The position numbers and the translations under genes are program-made. The notes beneath the pieces are model-generated. The model worked only from the letters and a program-made list of their open reading frames with translations, did not search any database and had not been told where the DNA came from. A DNA stretch of 62,239 nucleotides, counting the filler, from a bacterium (GTDB lineage: Bacteria; JBDRGX01), in assembly GCA_043817485.1 (NCBI GenBank). It is 7 parts of 7 records of this genome, joined end to end, with 100 filler letters (N's around TTAATTAATTAA, not from the genome) between each part and the next. Parts side by side here need not be neighbours in the genome. Positions count along the whole stretch, not along the records: positions 5,381 to 18,068 come from JBDRGX010000031.1; positions 18,169 to 32,489 come from JBDRGX010000032.1; 5 more parts are not named here. One strand, given 5' to 3'. Positions 9,416 to 18,289 of the stretch are shown here, piece after piece. Numbering within the stretch: position 1 is the first letter of the stretch; each line of letters opens with the position of its first letter.

Positions 9416-10735
9416 TTATTTTGTTTCAAATTTTTTTTCATTATTGTTTTTCCAAATTAAATAAATCATCCATAAAAGAGTAGCACTTAAAATACTTCTA
9501 AATATTCCTATAAAACTTTTTACAGGCATATAAGAAGAAATAATTTTTAAAGGAGATTTTACAGAATATAAAAAAAATGAAGATAGGGGAGAAAATAATC
9601 CAAAAGTCAAAAAATTATCCCATTGAAGCACATAAACAAAAAAACAAATAGTCATTATTACATAACATGAAATTAATTTTTTATTTTCTGTTATAAATAT
9701 ACTAATAAAAGGGATTGCCCACATAAAATATTGAGGATGAAAAAAACAAATAGCAAATAATAATAAAATAATAGAAAATAAATATTTGAATAATTTTTCA
9801 AATGTTTTTTGTGTTGAATTTATGAAATGTAATAAAAATAAAGCGTACACTACAATAAAAATAAAAATTCTGTCGTAAGTATAAAGAAAAAAATTACAAG
9901 ATAAAATATAGTCTAAAAAATTAGATGAACCACCTTCTATTGTAGGATTAATCATATATTTATAGTCTGACAATTTTGCTATATTAAAATCATTAATTCC
10001 TAATCCTTTTTGTAAAAATAAATTTTTTATACCTTCTAATAAAAAAAAAGAAATAATAAATACTAAACAAATTTTTATTCTTTGTTTTAAACTTTTAGCA
10101 AAAACTAAATAAAAAGGTAAAAAAATTAAAGTATAAATACGAGTTAATACACTCATCATCAACCAAAAACTTGCTTTTAAAATTTTGCTTGATTTTAAAT
10201 AATATAAACTAAGTAAAACAAAAAAAATACTAATACATTCATATCTACAAATCATATAGATTACATAAATACTAATAGGATTTATCATCCAAAATTTAAA
10301 ACAAAAAATCCCATTTTCTTTTTTATCCCAAAAACGCAATAATAAAAAAGCACAAAACATATCAAAAAAAAGATATGGAATTTTAAATAAAAACAAAATT
10401 CTAAAAATATAAGGATGATTAACTTCTACTGCCCATGAATATGGATAATCACGCACAGAATAATCCCAAAAATTAGAAAGATTTGGAATGAATTGTTTGA
10501 AAATCAATAAAAATAAAGCATGGATATAATGTAAAAGAATTTTAAAATTACCAAAAAAATCTGTCCAATTTCCTTGTAATAAAAAATTAGATCTATAATA
10601 AATATTGCTTATATGTTCATGAAAACAAAAAGGCATAATTAAAAAACGAATAAATAAACCAATTAAAAACCATTTATAAATAATTTTTCTATCAATATTA
10701 TTATATATTTTTGGAACTATTGAAACAATTTTCAT
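9416..10735 (-). CDS. Polytopic membrane protein, probable GT-C fold glycosyltransferase
   Basis: About 10 TM helices; FKIPYLFFD, WMINPISIY and HPQYFMW motifs typical of GT-C/DUF2029-like proteins. Confidence 0.6.
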   Translation of the reverse strand: MKIVSIVPKIYNNIDRKIIYKWFLIGLFIRFLIMPFCFHEHISNIYYRSNFLLQGNWTDFFGNFKILLHYIHALFLLIFKQFIPNLSNFWDYSVRDYPYSWAVEVNHPYIFRILFLFKIPYLFFDMFCAFLLLRFWDKKENGIFCFKFWMINPISIYVIYMICRYECISIFFVLLSLYYLKSSKILKASFWLMMSVLTRIYTLIFLPFYLVFAKSLKQRIKICLVFIISFFLLEGIKNLFLQKGLGINDFNIAKLSDYKYMINPTIEGGSSNFLDYILSCNFFLYTYDRIFIFIVVYALFLLHFINSTQKTFEKLFKYLFSIILLLFAICFFHPQYFMWAIPFISIFITENKKLISCYVIMTICFFVYVLQWDNFLTFGLFSPLSSFFLYSVKSPLKIISSYMPVKSFIGIFRSILSATLLWMIYLIWKNNNEKKFETK

Positions 10736-11206
10736 TTATATTTTTAATCCCATCCACATAAAAAAGGAAATTAATAATCCGAGTACAGCATAAAGTTCTA
10801 CAAAAACTCCTAAAACTAAAGCTTTTCCTACTTCATTAGGTTGTCTAAGAGTTAAATATATTCCTGATGCACAAACTTTCCCTTGATTAATACCTGAACC
10901 AAGTCCAGCAAAAGCAACAGGTAGACAAGCAAATAAAATATTTAATCCTTGCGATACTGTTAAAGAAGGAATAGGCCCACCAATAATTTTTAATTTAAGC
11001 ATCATTAAAAATGCAATAGCAAAACCATAAATTCCTTGAGTTCCAGGTAAAGCAAAAAGCATTAAATACTTTCCAAAATTTTTAGGATCTTCTGTCATAA
11101 CACCCGCACATGCTGCTCCAGAATAAAATAATCCAATTGCAGATCCTATTCCAGAAAAAATAACAGCAGATGCAATTCCTATAATAGCCAAATATAACCC
11201 ATCCAT
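10736..11206 (-). CDS. ntpK: V/A-type ATP synthase proteolipid subunit K
   Basis: Duplicated 4-TM proteolipid; SGIGSAIG, LPGTQGIYG, VELYA; GGAGG RBS. Confidence 0.9.
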   Translation of the reverse strand: MDGLYLAIIGIASAVIFSGIGSAIGLFYSGAACAGVMTEDPKNFGKYLMLFALPGTQGIYGFAIAFLMMLKLKIIGGPIPSLTVSQGLNILFACLPVAFAGLGSGINQGKVCASGIYLTLRQPNEVGKALVLGVFVELYAVLGLLISFFMWMGLKI

Positions 11207-11219
11207 TAAAACCTCCTTC

Positions 11220-11348
11220 TAATACCAGTCGCATTCAAACGCTAACTGTGTTGGCTTCGTTGTCGGGCTCCTTCAGCGTATTATTTAATACGCTTTTATC
11301 GCCTTTTCTTTGCCATCTTGTTATCATTTTGAATTCAACTTAGTATAA
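11220..11348 (+). mobile_element. MITE-like repeat family A, copy 1
   Basis: Ends TAATACCAGTCGCATTCAAA / TTTGAATTCAACTTAGTATA; internal hairpin GCGTATTATTTAATACGC; alignable to 18169 and 58736 copies. Confidence 0.75.
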
Positions 11349-11371
11349 ATAAAAAAAATTATTGTAGTTTT

Positions 11372-13243
11372 TTATATTTTACTAACACCATTTTCACTTT
11401 TACAAATATAAAATTCTGGTAAATATCCAAATTTTTTTTTATATTTTTCACTAATTTTTTTTATAAATTCTTCTATCTTATCTTTTTGAACTAAACTAAT
11501 AACACAACCACCAAAACCAGCACCAGTCATTCGAGACCCAAAAACACCTTCTATTTTCATAGATTCTTCAACAATAATATTTAATTCTTGCAAACTCACT
11601 TCATATAAGTTTTTTAAAGAGTTATGTGATTGATTTAATAATTTACCTAATTCTATAATATTTTCATTTTTTAAATATTCAACAGCTTTTTTTGTTCTTT
11701 CATTTTCATATATTACATGTTCACATCGCTTTTTTATTATTTCTGGTAAAAAATTTTTATATTGCTCAAAATTTTGTATAGAAATATCACTTAAACTTTG
11801 AATATTTTTAAAGTGCTTTTTAAATATTTTAACTCCTTGTTGACATTCCAAACATCTTTTATTATATTCAGAAAAAACAAGTTCTCTTTTTACTTTTGTA
11901 TTAGTTATTACAATATTTACATCTTTAAAATCAAAATTTATAAGTTCAAATTTATAATTTTTGCAATTAAGAAAAAGAGATTTATTTTTTTTGCTAAAAA
12001 TAATTACAAATTGATCCATTATTCCAGAATCTATTTTCATAAATTTATTTTCTACTAATTGACACATTTTAACTATTTTCAATTTATCTATTTTCAAATT
12101 AAATATAGAAGATAAACAAAAACAAGTAATAACTTCTATTGCAGCAGAAGACGAAAGTCCACTTGCAATTGGAATATTGCTAGAATAAAGCAAATCTACT
12201 CCAGTAAATTTATAACCTTGATCTTGTAATATTTTAATACATCCTTTAATATAATTAGCCCAACCATCATTTTTTTCATAAATAATTTTTTCATTTAAAG
12301 AAAATTTTATTTTTTGAGTATAATTTAAAGAATGTAAATTAACTATTTTATCTTTTCTTTTTCTAACACAAAGATACATTTCTTTATCAATATTTATTGG
12401 TAAAACATATCCATTATTGTAATCAGTATGTTCTCCAATAATATTTATTCTACCTGGACATCTAAATGTTTTTACTGAACCTTTTCCAAATGTTTTTTTA
12501 AAAATTATTTTTAGTTTTTCTATATTAGCTTTTTTATACTGTTCTAAATTTCCTATGTCATACCATTTTTCAGAAGTAATAAAACCAAAAATTGCTTCTT
12601 TTTTATATAGCCATTCAATATATTGTCCTGGTTGATCTGGATTATGTCCTTCTTTTAAATATTGTTTAATTAATTTTAATTTCTCTTTTGGAAAAAGATA
12701 GATGCAAATAGAAGCAAGTGTTGTTTTTGGCTTTTTAGGTTTTTCAGTAAAAAAAATTACTTTATTTTTTGCATCTAATTCTACTTCAGAATATTGTTTC
12801 ATCAAATCTATATTTTTTTCTCCAACATCATAAATACCAATACTTGTACCTTTTTGATTAAAAAAATCTATGAATTTTTTTAAATCTAATTCAAATAAAT
12901 TATCTCCAGCAATAATTAAAAGATCATCTTTTATTTTTTCTTTATCAATTACAAAATTTATATCACCAATAGCTCCAAGTTTTTTAGAATCATACTGTGT
13001 TTTATCATTTAAAATTTTTATTTTTTTTTGAGAAGTAATTGTTTTAGCCCAATCTTTAAATTGATGATAAAATTTTTCATTAGTAACTAAATATATTGAA
13101 TCAATTTCATCTATTTTTTGTATTTTTTCAATAATATAATTAATCATTGGTTTATTGGCAATAGAAAGTAAATGTTTAGGAGTATTAAAAGTTAAAGGAT
13201 ACAATCGCGTAGCATATCCTGCACATAAAATCAATGCTTTCAC
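11372..13243 (-). CDS. galK: Sugar-1-phosphate nucleotidyltransferase - galactokinase fusion
   Basis: N-terminal LCAGYATRLYPLT..PK.LL, GDNL, EKP, WYDIG; C-terminal PGRINIIGEHTDYN, SGLSSSAA, GIMDQF, GSRMTGAGFGG. Confidence 0.88.
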   Translation of the reverse strand: MKALILCAGYATRLYPLTFNTPKHLLSIANKPMINYIIEKIQKIDEIDSIYLVTNEKFYHQFKDWAKTITSQKKIKILNDKTQYDSKKLGAIGDINFVIDKEKIKDDLLIIAGDNLFELDLKKFIDFFNQKGTSIGIYDVGEKNIDLMKQYSEVELDAKNKVIFFTEKPKKPKTTLASICIYLFPKEKLKLIKQYLKEGHNPDQPGQYIEWLYKKEAIFGFITSEKWYDIGNLEQYKKANIEKLKIIFKKTFGKGSVKTFRCPGRINIIGEHTDYNNGYVLPINIDKEMYLCVRKRKDKIVNLHSLNYTQKIKFSLNEKIIYEKNDGWANYIKGCIKILQDQGYKFTGVDLLYSSNIPIASGLSSSAAIEVITCFCLSSIFNLKIDKLKIVKMCQLVENKFMKIDSGIMDQFVIIFSKKNKSLFLNCKNYKFELINFDFKDVNIVITNTKVKRELVFSEYNKRCLECQQGVKIFKKHFKNIQSLSDISIQNFEQYKNFLPEIIKKRCEHVIYENERTKKAVEYLKNENIIELGKLLNQSHNSLKNLYEVSLQELNIIVEESMKIEGVFGSRMTGAGFGGCVISLVQKDKIEEFIKKISEKYKKKFGYLPEFYICKSENGVSKI

Positions 13244-14689
13244 TTATTCTCCTTCTTGTTTCATTTGTGGGAAAAAAATAACATCTCTAATTGATGAAGA
13301 ATTTGTAAGAAGCATTACTATTCTATCTATTCCTATTCCTATTCCTGCTGCTGGAGCCATTCCATATTCTAATGCTTTAATATAATCCTCATCCACATTT
13401 TTAAATTCTTTTAAAGATTTTGCTACTTGATTTTCCATTCTTATTTTTTGTTCAACTGGATCATTTAATTCAGAAAAAGCATTGCAAATTTCCATCCCAT
13501 TTATAAATATTTCAAATCTTTCTACTACTTCTGGATTATCTCTTTTTTGTTTAGATAAAGGAGATATTTCTATTGGAAAATCATAAACAATTGTTGGATT
13601 TACAAAAGATTTTTCTACATAATTTTCAAAAAGTTCTTTCATTACATAACCTTTATTAAAATTATCGGGTTTTAAATTATATTTTTCTACAAGTTCTTTT
13701 AAATTATCATTATTGACTTCTACTCCAAGACATTCTTTAATTGCTTCTGCCATTGTAATTCTTTTCCATGGAAAAGAAAAATCTATTAAAGTTTCTTGAT
13801 AATTTATTTGAAGGGTTTGAAAAATTTCTTTTACCAAAGAATTAATTAATTCTTCTGCTAAATTCATCATATAATAATAATCAACATAAGATTCGTAAAT
13901 TTCTAACATTGTAAATTCTGGATTATGAAAACGGCTTATTCCTTCATTTCTAAAATTCCTATTTAATTCATATATTTTTTCAAAACCACCAACTAAAAGC
14001 CGTTTAAGATAAAGTTCTGGAGCAATTCTAAGATACAGATTTATTCCTAAAGCATTATGTTTTGTAATAAAAGGTCTTGCTTCTGCTCCTCCTGGTAAAG
14101 ATTGCATCATAGGAGTTTCAACTTCTAAAAAGTTTTTTTTATTTAAAAAAACACGAATTGAATTTATTATTTGAGAGCGAGTTTTAAATACTTGTTTTAC
14201 TTCTGAATTTACAATTAAATCTACATATCGTTGACGATAACGAGTTTCTACATTTGTTAAACCATGCCATTTTTCTGGTAAAGGTCTTATAGATTTTGTA
14301 AGCATTTCAATATCTTTAACATTAATTGTAATTTCATTAGTATGAGTTTTAAAAACTTCTCCTTTAATTCCAATAAAATCACCAATATCAAAATTTTCAA
14401 ATAATTTAAATTTTTCTTCTCCAATAATGTCTTTTTTAAAATAAATTTGTATTTTACTATCACTATCTATTATATGACAAAAACAAGATTTCCCATGATT
14501 TCTTAAAGAAATAATTCTTCCAGCAGTTTGCACTAAAGTTTTTTCAGTTAAAAACTTTTCAAAATTTTCTAAAATATTTTTTATAAGATGAGTTCGTTCA
14601 AATTTATAAGCATAAGCATTTATTCCTTTTTCTTGAAGATTTTTTAATTTTTCTTTTCTACTTGTAATTAAATCATTTAATTCTTCCAT
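13244..14689 (-). CDS. lysS: Lysyl-tRNA synthetase class II
   Basis: PEKWHGL, RYRQRYVDL, YLRIAPELYLKRL, FRNEG, HNPEF, GIGIDR. Confidence 0.98.
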   Translation of the reverse strand: MEELNDLITSRKEKLKNLQEKGINAYAYKFERTHLIKNILENFEKFLTEKTLVQTAGRIISLRNHGKSCFCHIIDSDSKIQIYFKKDIIGEEKFKLFENFDIGDFIGIKGEVFKTHTNEITINVKDIEMLTKSIRPLPEKWHGLTNVETRYRQRYVDLIVNSEVKQVFKTRSQIINSIRVFLNKKNFLEVETPMMQSLPGGAEARPFITKHNALGINLYLRIAPELYLKRLLVGGFEKIYELNRNFRNEGISRFHNPEFTMLEIYESYVDYYYMMNLAEELINSLVKEIFQTLQINYQETLIDFSFPWKRITMAEAIKECLGVEVNNDNLKELVEKYNLKPDNFNKGYVMKELFENYVEKSFVNPTIVYDFPIEISPLSKQKRDNPEVVERFEIFINGMEICNAFSELNDPVEQKIRMENQVAKSLKEFKNVDEDYIKALEYGMAPAAGIGIGIDRIVMLLTNSSSIRDVIFFPQMKQEGE

Positions 14690-14811
14690 TTAATATATTT
14701 CCTCTGACATAAAATGTCTTAATTTTTTTAAATTATAAAAAATGCTTTTTAATTTAAAAATTGCGGCTACCAAATGATAATTTTATTTAATATTTTTTGC
14801 ACAATTGCTTT

Positions 14812-16071
14812 TTATAAAAACTCTTTAGCATAAACTATTCTATTTTCTGCTAAAGAAAGATTAGCAGCATTTCCTACAAGAACACTTTGTAATCCTGCAT
14901 TCAAATCATCATTAGTTAATTGTTCTAAATTATTTTCCTGATTTAAAAATGACTTAAGTAATAATACATCTCCACCACCATGTGAGCTTTTCATTGATTT
15001 TATTTTTAAAGTTGTTTTTCCTTTTAAAAATTCTCTTATTTCAATAATACCTGCAATTTCTTTATCTTCTTCATCAGAATATACTTCTAATGTTCCTTTA
15101 TCTCCCACAAAAAAATACATCAATCTATCATTCCCAGAAAGATCAATAGATGGTGCTGCACAAAAGAAATTTAAAAAATAACTAATTTTAACATTGTTTT
15201 TATAAGTAACCATTATGGTGTAATTATCTTCAATATCTGATTCTTTAGAAAAAACACATTTATCTCTAATATATCCATCTTCTTTTTCTGCTTGTAAAAA
15301 CATTTTATCCAATAACCCGTCTTTAGCATGTTTAAGATCAAAATAAAACATACATTCTTTTTGTTGATTGCAAAATAAACATCTTGTTTGTTCATAAGAT
15401 TTAGGTTTAAAAAAATCTTTGCTACCAAAACAAACTATTTTTTCTGAAGTGCTTTGAATAAACCAACTCATTAAATCAAATAAATGTACTACTTTAGTAA
15501 TAAGAAGTCCACCACTTTGTTCTTTATTTCTATGCCATCTTCTAAAATAATCAGCTCCATGAAACGCTGACATTAATTCATTTACTTGAACAGAAATTAT
15601 ATTTCCAATAATTCCAGAATCTAAAAGTTCTTTTATTTTTAAATTAAGTGGAAAATATCTCATATTAAATCCCATCCGAAACTGTTTTTTAGTTTTTTTT
15701 GCTGTTTGAATAATTTCTTGACAATCTTTAACTGTTATAGTCATAGGTTTTTCACATAAAACATTTTTTCCAGCTAATAAAGCTTTTATACACATTTCAT
15801 TATGTAAAAAATCAGAAACAGTAACAATTACTATTTCACAATCACTTTCTTTTAAAAATTGATCATAATTTGTGAAAATTTTTATATTTTTTTCTTTTAA
15901 ACTGTTTGCTACATTTTCTAATCTTATTTTGTTTTGATCACACATTGCCACTAAACTAAACATATCTTGAAATTCTGGTAATCCATATAATTCACCTTCT
16001 GCTATAATATGTCTTGCAAAAGTATAGCCCCTATTTCCAGTACCTACAATTCCAAATTTAATTTTTTTCAT
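14812..16071 (-). CDS. Gfo/Idh/MocA family NAD(P) oxidoreductase
   Basis: GIVGTGNRG, CEKP, YFRRWHR...SGGL, HGGGD; start moved to MKKIKF (GGAG upstream). Confidence 0.88.
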   Translation of the reverse strand: MKKIKFGIVGTGNRGYTFARHIIAEGELYGLPEFQDMFSLVAMCDQNKIRLENVANSLKEKNIKIFTNYDQFLKESDCEIVIVTVSDFLHNEMCIKALLAGKNVLCEKPMTITVKDCQEIIQTAKKTKKQFRMGFNMRYFPLNLKIKELLDSGIIGNIISVQVNELMSAFHGADYFRRWHRNKEQSGGLLITKVVHLFDLMSWFIQSTSEKIVCFGSKDFFKPKSYEQTRCLFCNQQKECMFYFDLKHAKDGLLDKMFLQAEKEDGYIRDKCVFSKESDIEDNYTIMVTYKNNVKISYFLNFFCAAPSIDLSGNDRLMYFFVGDKGTLEVYSDEEDKEIAGIIEIREFLKGKTTLKIKSMKSSHGGGDVLLLKSFLNQENNLEQLTNDDLNAGLQSVLVGNAANLSLAENRIVYAKEFL

Positions 16072-16342
16072 TTTTGCATTTCTCCATTCATAAAAAATAC
16101 AAATATTTTTTGTGGTAATTTTTAAAAAATGTTTATTTAAGATATAAAAATACAAAAATAAAAAACTGTCAATAAAAAATTTCATACTTTTATAAATTAT
16201 AAAATCTATTTTGTGCTTTTTAATAAAATCTTATTAAAAACTAACAAAAAATCCAAATTTGTATAAAATTATAATCATAATATTTTTATTTTTTTCTTGC
16301 TTTTTTAAAATCTATAAAACAAAATAAACAAAATTAAATAAT

Positions 16343-16431
16343 GCGAAGGTGGTGAAATTGGCAGACACGCTAGACTTAGGATCTAGTCCGCATTAAAACG
16401 GATGCGGGTTCAACTCCCGCCCTTCGCACCA
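16343..16431 (+). tRNA. tRNA-Leu (TAG)
   Basis: GCGAAGG/CCTTCGC acceptor stem; anticodon arm CTAGA-CTTAGGA-TCTAG; long variable arm; GTTCAA T loop; CCA encoded. Confidence 0.95.
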
Positions 16432-16462
16432 ATAACACCAATAAATAAAAGGAGGTTTTTGC

Positions 16463-17788
16463 TTGAAAGTAGAAATTAAAAATAAAACAGATGTACAAGG
16501 AATTTTATCTGTAGAAATTTCCAAAGAAATTATAGATCAAGAAAAAGAAAAATTTGCTAATAATTTTCAAAAAAATGCAAAAGTAGATGGGTTTCGTAAA
16601 GGAAAATCTCCAATTAGTTTAGTAAAAAATCGTTTTAAAGATGAAATAATGTCTGAAACAATAAATAATTTAATTCAAAATAAATGCACAGAAGCTCTAA
16701 AAAAAGTAAATATAAAACCGTTAACTATTCCTAAAATACAAAATATAAATTTTAATTCAGATTCTTCTTTGTTTTTTGAAATAGATTTTGAAACTAAACC
16801 AACTATTTCTCTTTGTGAATTTAAAAATTTAAAATGGGAAAAAGAAATTGTAGAAGTACAAGAACAAGAAATAGAAAAAAATTTATTAATGTTACAAGAT
16901 CAATTTTCTACTTTACAACCAGTAGAAAATCAACCTGTTACTAAAAAAAATGTAATAATAGCAGATATTCAAGAAATAGAAAACAAAATACCAGTAGTAG
17001 GAAAAGAATGGAAAAATTTATGGATAGAAATTGGTAAAAATATATTTCCAGAATGGTTAGAGGAAAAAATTATAGGTTTAAATAAAGATGATGAAAAAGA
17101 TATTTCTTTTGATCCAAATGAAAAAGCATCTTCTTCTGAAAATCTCCAACAACCTATTTTGCAAGAAAAAGAACAAAAAATATTGCCAGTTACTTATAGA
17201 ATAAAAATAAAAGAAATTCGAAAAAAAATATTGCCGAATTTAGATGATGAATTTGCTAAAAAATTAAAATGTGAAAGTTTAGATAAACTAAAAGAAAAAA
17301 TTAAAATTGAATTAACAGATTATAAAGAAAAAATATCTTCAAATAAACTAAAAGATACAGTATTAGACTATTTTAATGATCATATTGCTTTTGATTTGCC
17401 AGAAAGTTTAGTAGAAAATGAATTACTTAGAATAAAAGAAATATATCAAAAATATCTAAAAGAAAAACAAGTTTCAGAACAAGAAATTATTCAACAAGAA
17501 GAAAAAAATATAGAAGAAATGAAAAAAACAGCAAAAAAGAATGTAAGTATTTATTTTATAATTAATGAATTTGCTGAAAAAAATAATATAAAAATTACTA
17601 AAGAAGAATTTGACAAAGTAATCGAACAAGAAAGTATTCGACTTAAAAAAAATAAAGAAGATGTTATTAAAATGTTGAAAAATGATTTAAGTCAATTAGA
17701 ACAAGATATGTTATTTGATAAAACCATAGATTTTATTTTATCAAATGGCGAAATTATAAACATTAAAAAGGAGAAACACGATGAATAA
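16463..17788 (+). CDS. tig: Trigger factor
   Basis: VDGFRKGK ribosome-binding motif; LDDEFAK; follows tRNA-Leu; TTG start with AGGAGG. Confidence 0.93.
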   Translation: MKVEIKNKTDVQGILSVEISKEIIDQEKEKFANNFQKNAKVDGFRKGKSPISLVKNRFKDEIMSETINNLIQNKCTEALKKVNIKPLTIPKIQNINFNSDSSLFFEIDFETKPTISLCEFKNLKWEKEIVEVQEQEIEKNLLMLQDQFSTLQPVENQPVTKKNVIIADIQEIENKIPVVGKEWKNLWIEIGKNIFPEWLEEKIIGLNKDDEKDISFDPNEKASSSENLQQPILQEKEQKILPVTYRIKIKEIRKKILPNLDDEFAKKLKCESLDKLKEKIKIELTDYKEKISSNKLKDTVLDYFNDHIAFDLPESLVENELLRIKEIYQKYLKEKQVSEQEIIQQEEKNIEEMKKTAKKNVSIYFIINEFAEKNNIKITKEEFDKVIEQESIRLKKNKEDVIKMLKNDLSQLEQDMLFDKTIDFILSNGEIINIKKEKHDE

Positions 17789-18068
17789 AAAAAATATTGG
17801 GGTAGGTGTTTTAGGAGCAGGCCCTTTAAATATGACACATCATATGCCATCTGTTGTCCATAATTCAAATTGTTCTTTTGAAATGCTTTGTGATTTAAAT
17901 GAAGAAAGATTAGATCGTTGTAATAATCTTTACCATCCTAAAAAATTAACTACTAATTATGATGAAATGCTAAATGATCCTGATATAGATTTAATTTTTA
18001 TTGCTACAGTTCCACATCTCCAATATGATTTAGCTAAAAAATCTATTGAAGCCAATAAACATACTTTT
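17781..18068 (+). CDS. Gfo/Idh/MocA oxidoreductase, N-terminal part (truncated)
   Basis: GVGVLGAG; YDEMLNDPDIDLIFIAT. Confidence 0.75.
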
Positions 18069-18168
18069 NNNNNNNNNNNNNNNNNNNNNNNNNNNNNNNN
18101 NNNNNNNNNNNNTTAATTAATTAANNNNNNNNNNNNNNNNNNNNNNNNNNNNNNNNNNNNNNNNNNNN
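18069..18168. other. Artificial contig linker
   Basis: N run with TTAATTAATTAA. Confidence 0.98.
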
Positions 18169-18288
18169 AGTCTCATTTAAATGCTAATTGTGTTGGCTTT
18201 GTCGTTGGCTCCTCCAATGTATTATTTCATACATTTTCGTCGCCTTCTCCTTGCCGCCTTATTATCATTTTAAATGCAACTTAGTCTA
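18169..18288 (+). mobile_element. MITE-like repeat family A, copy 2 (left end clipped)
   Basis: AGTCTCATTTAAATGCTAATTGTGTTGGCTTTGTCG...TTATCATTTTAAATGCAACTTAGT aligns with copy 1. Confidence 0.75.
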
Positions 18289-18289
18289 A

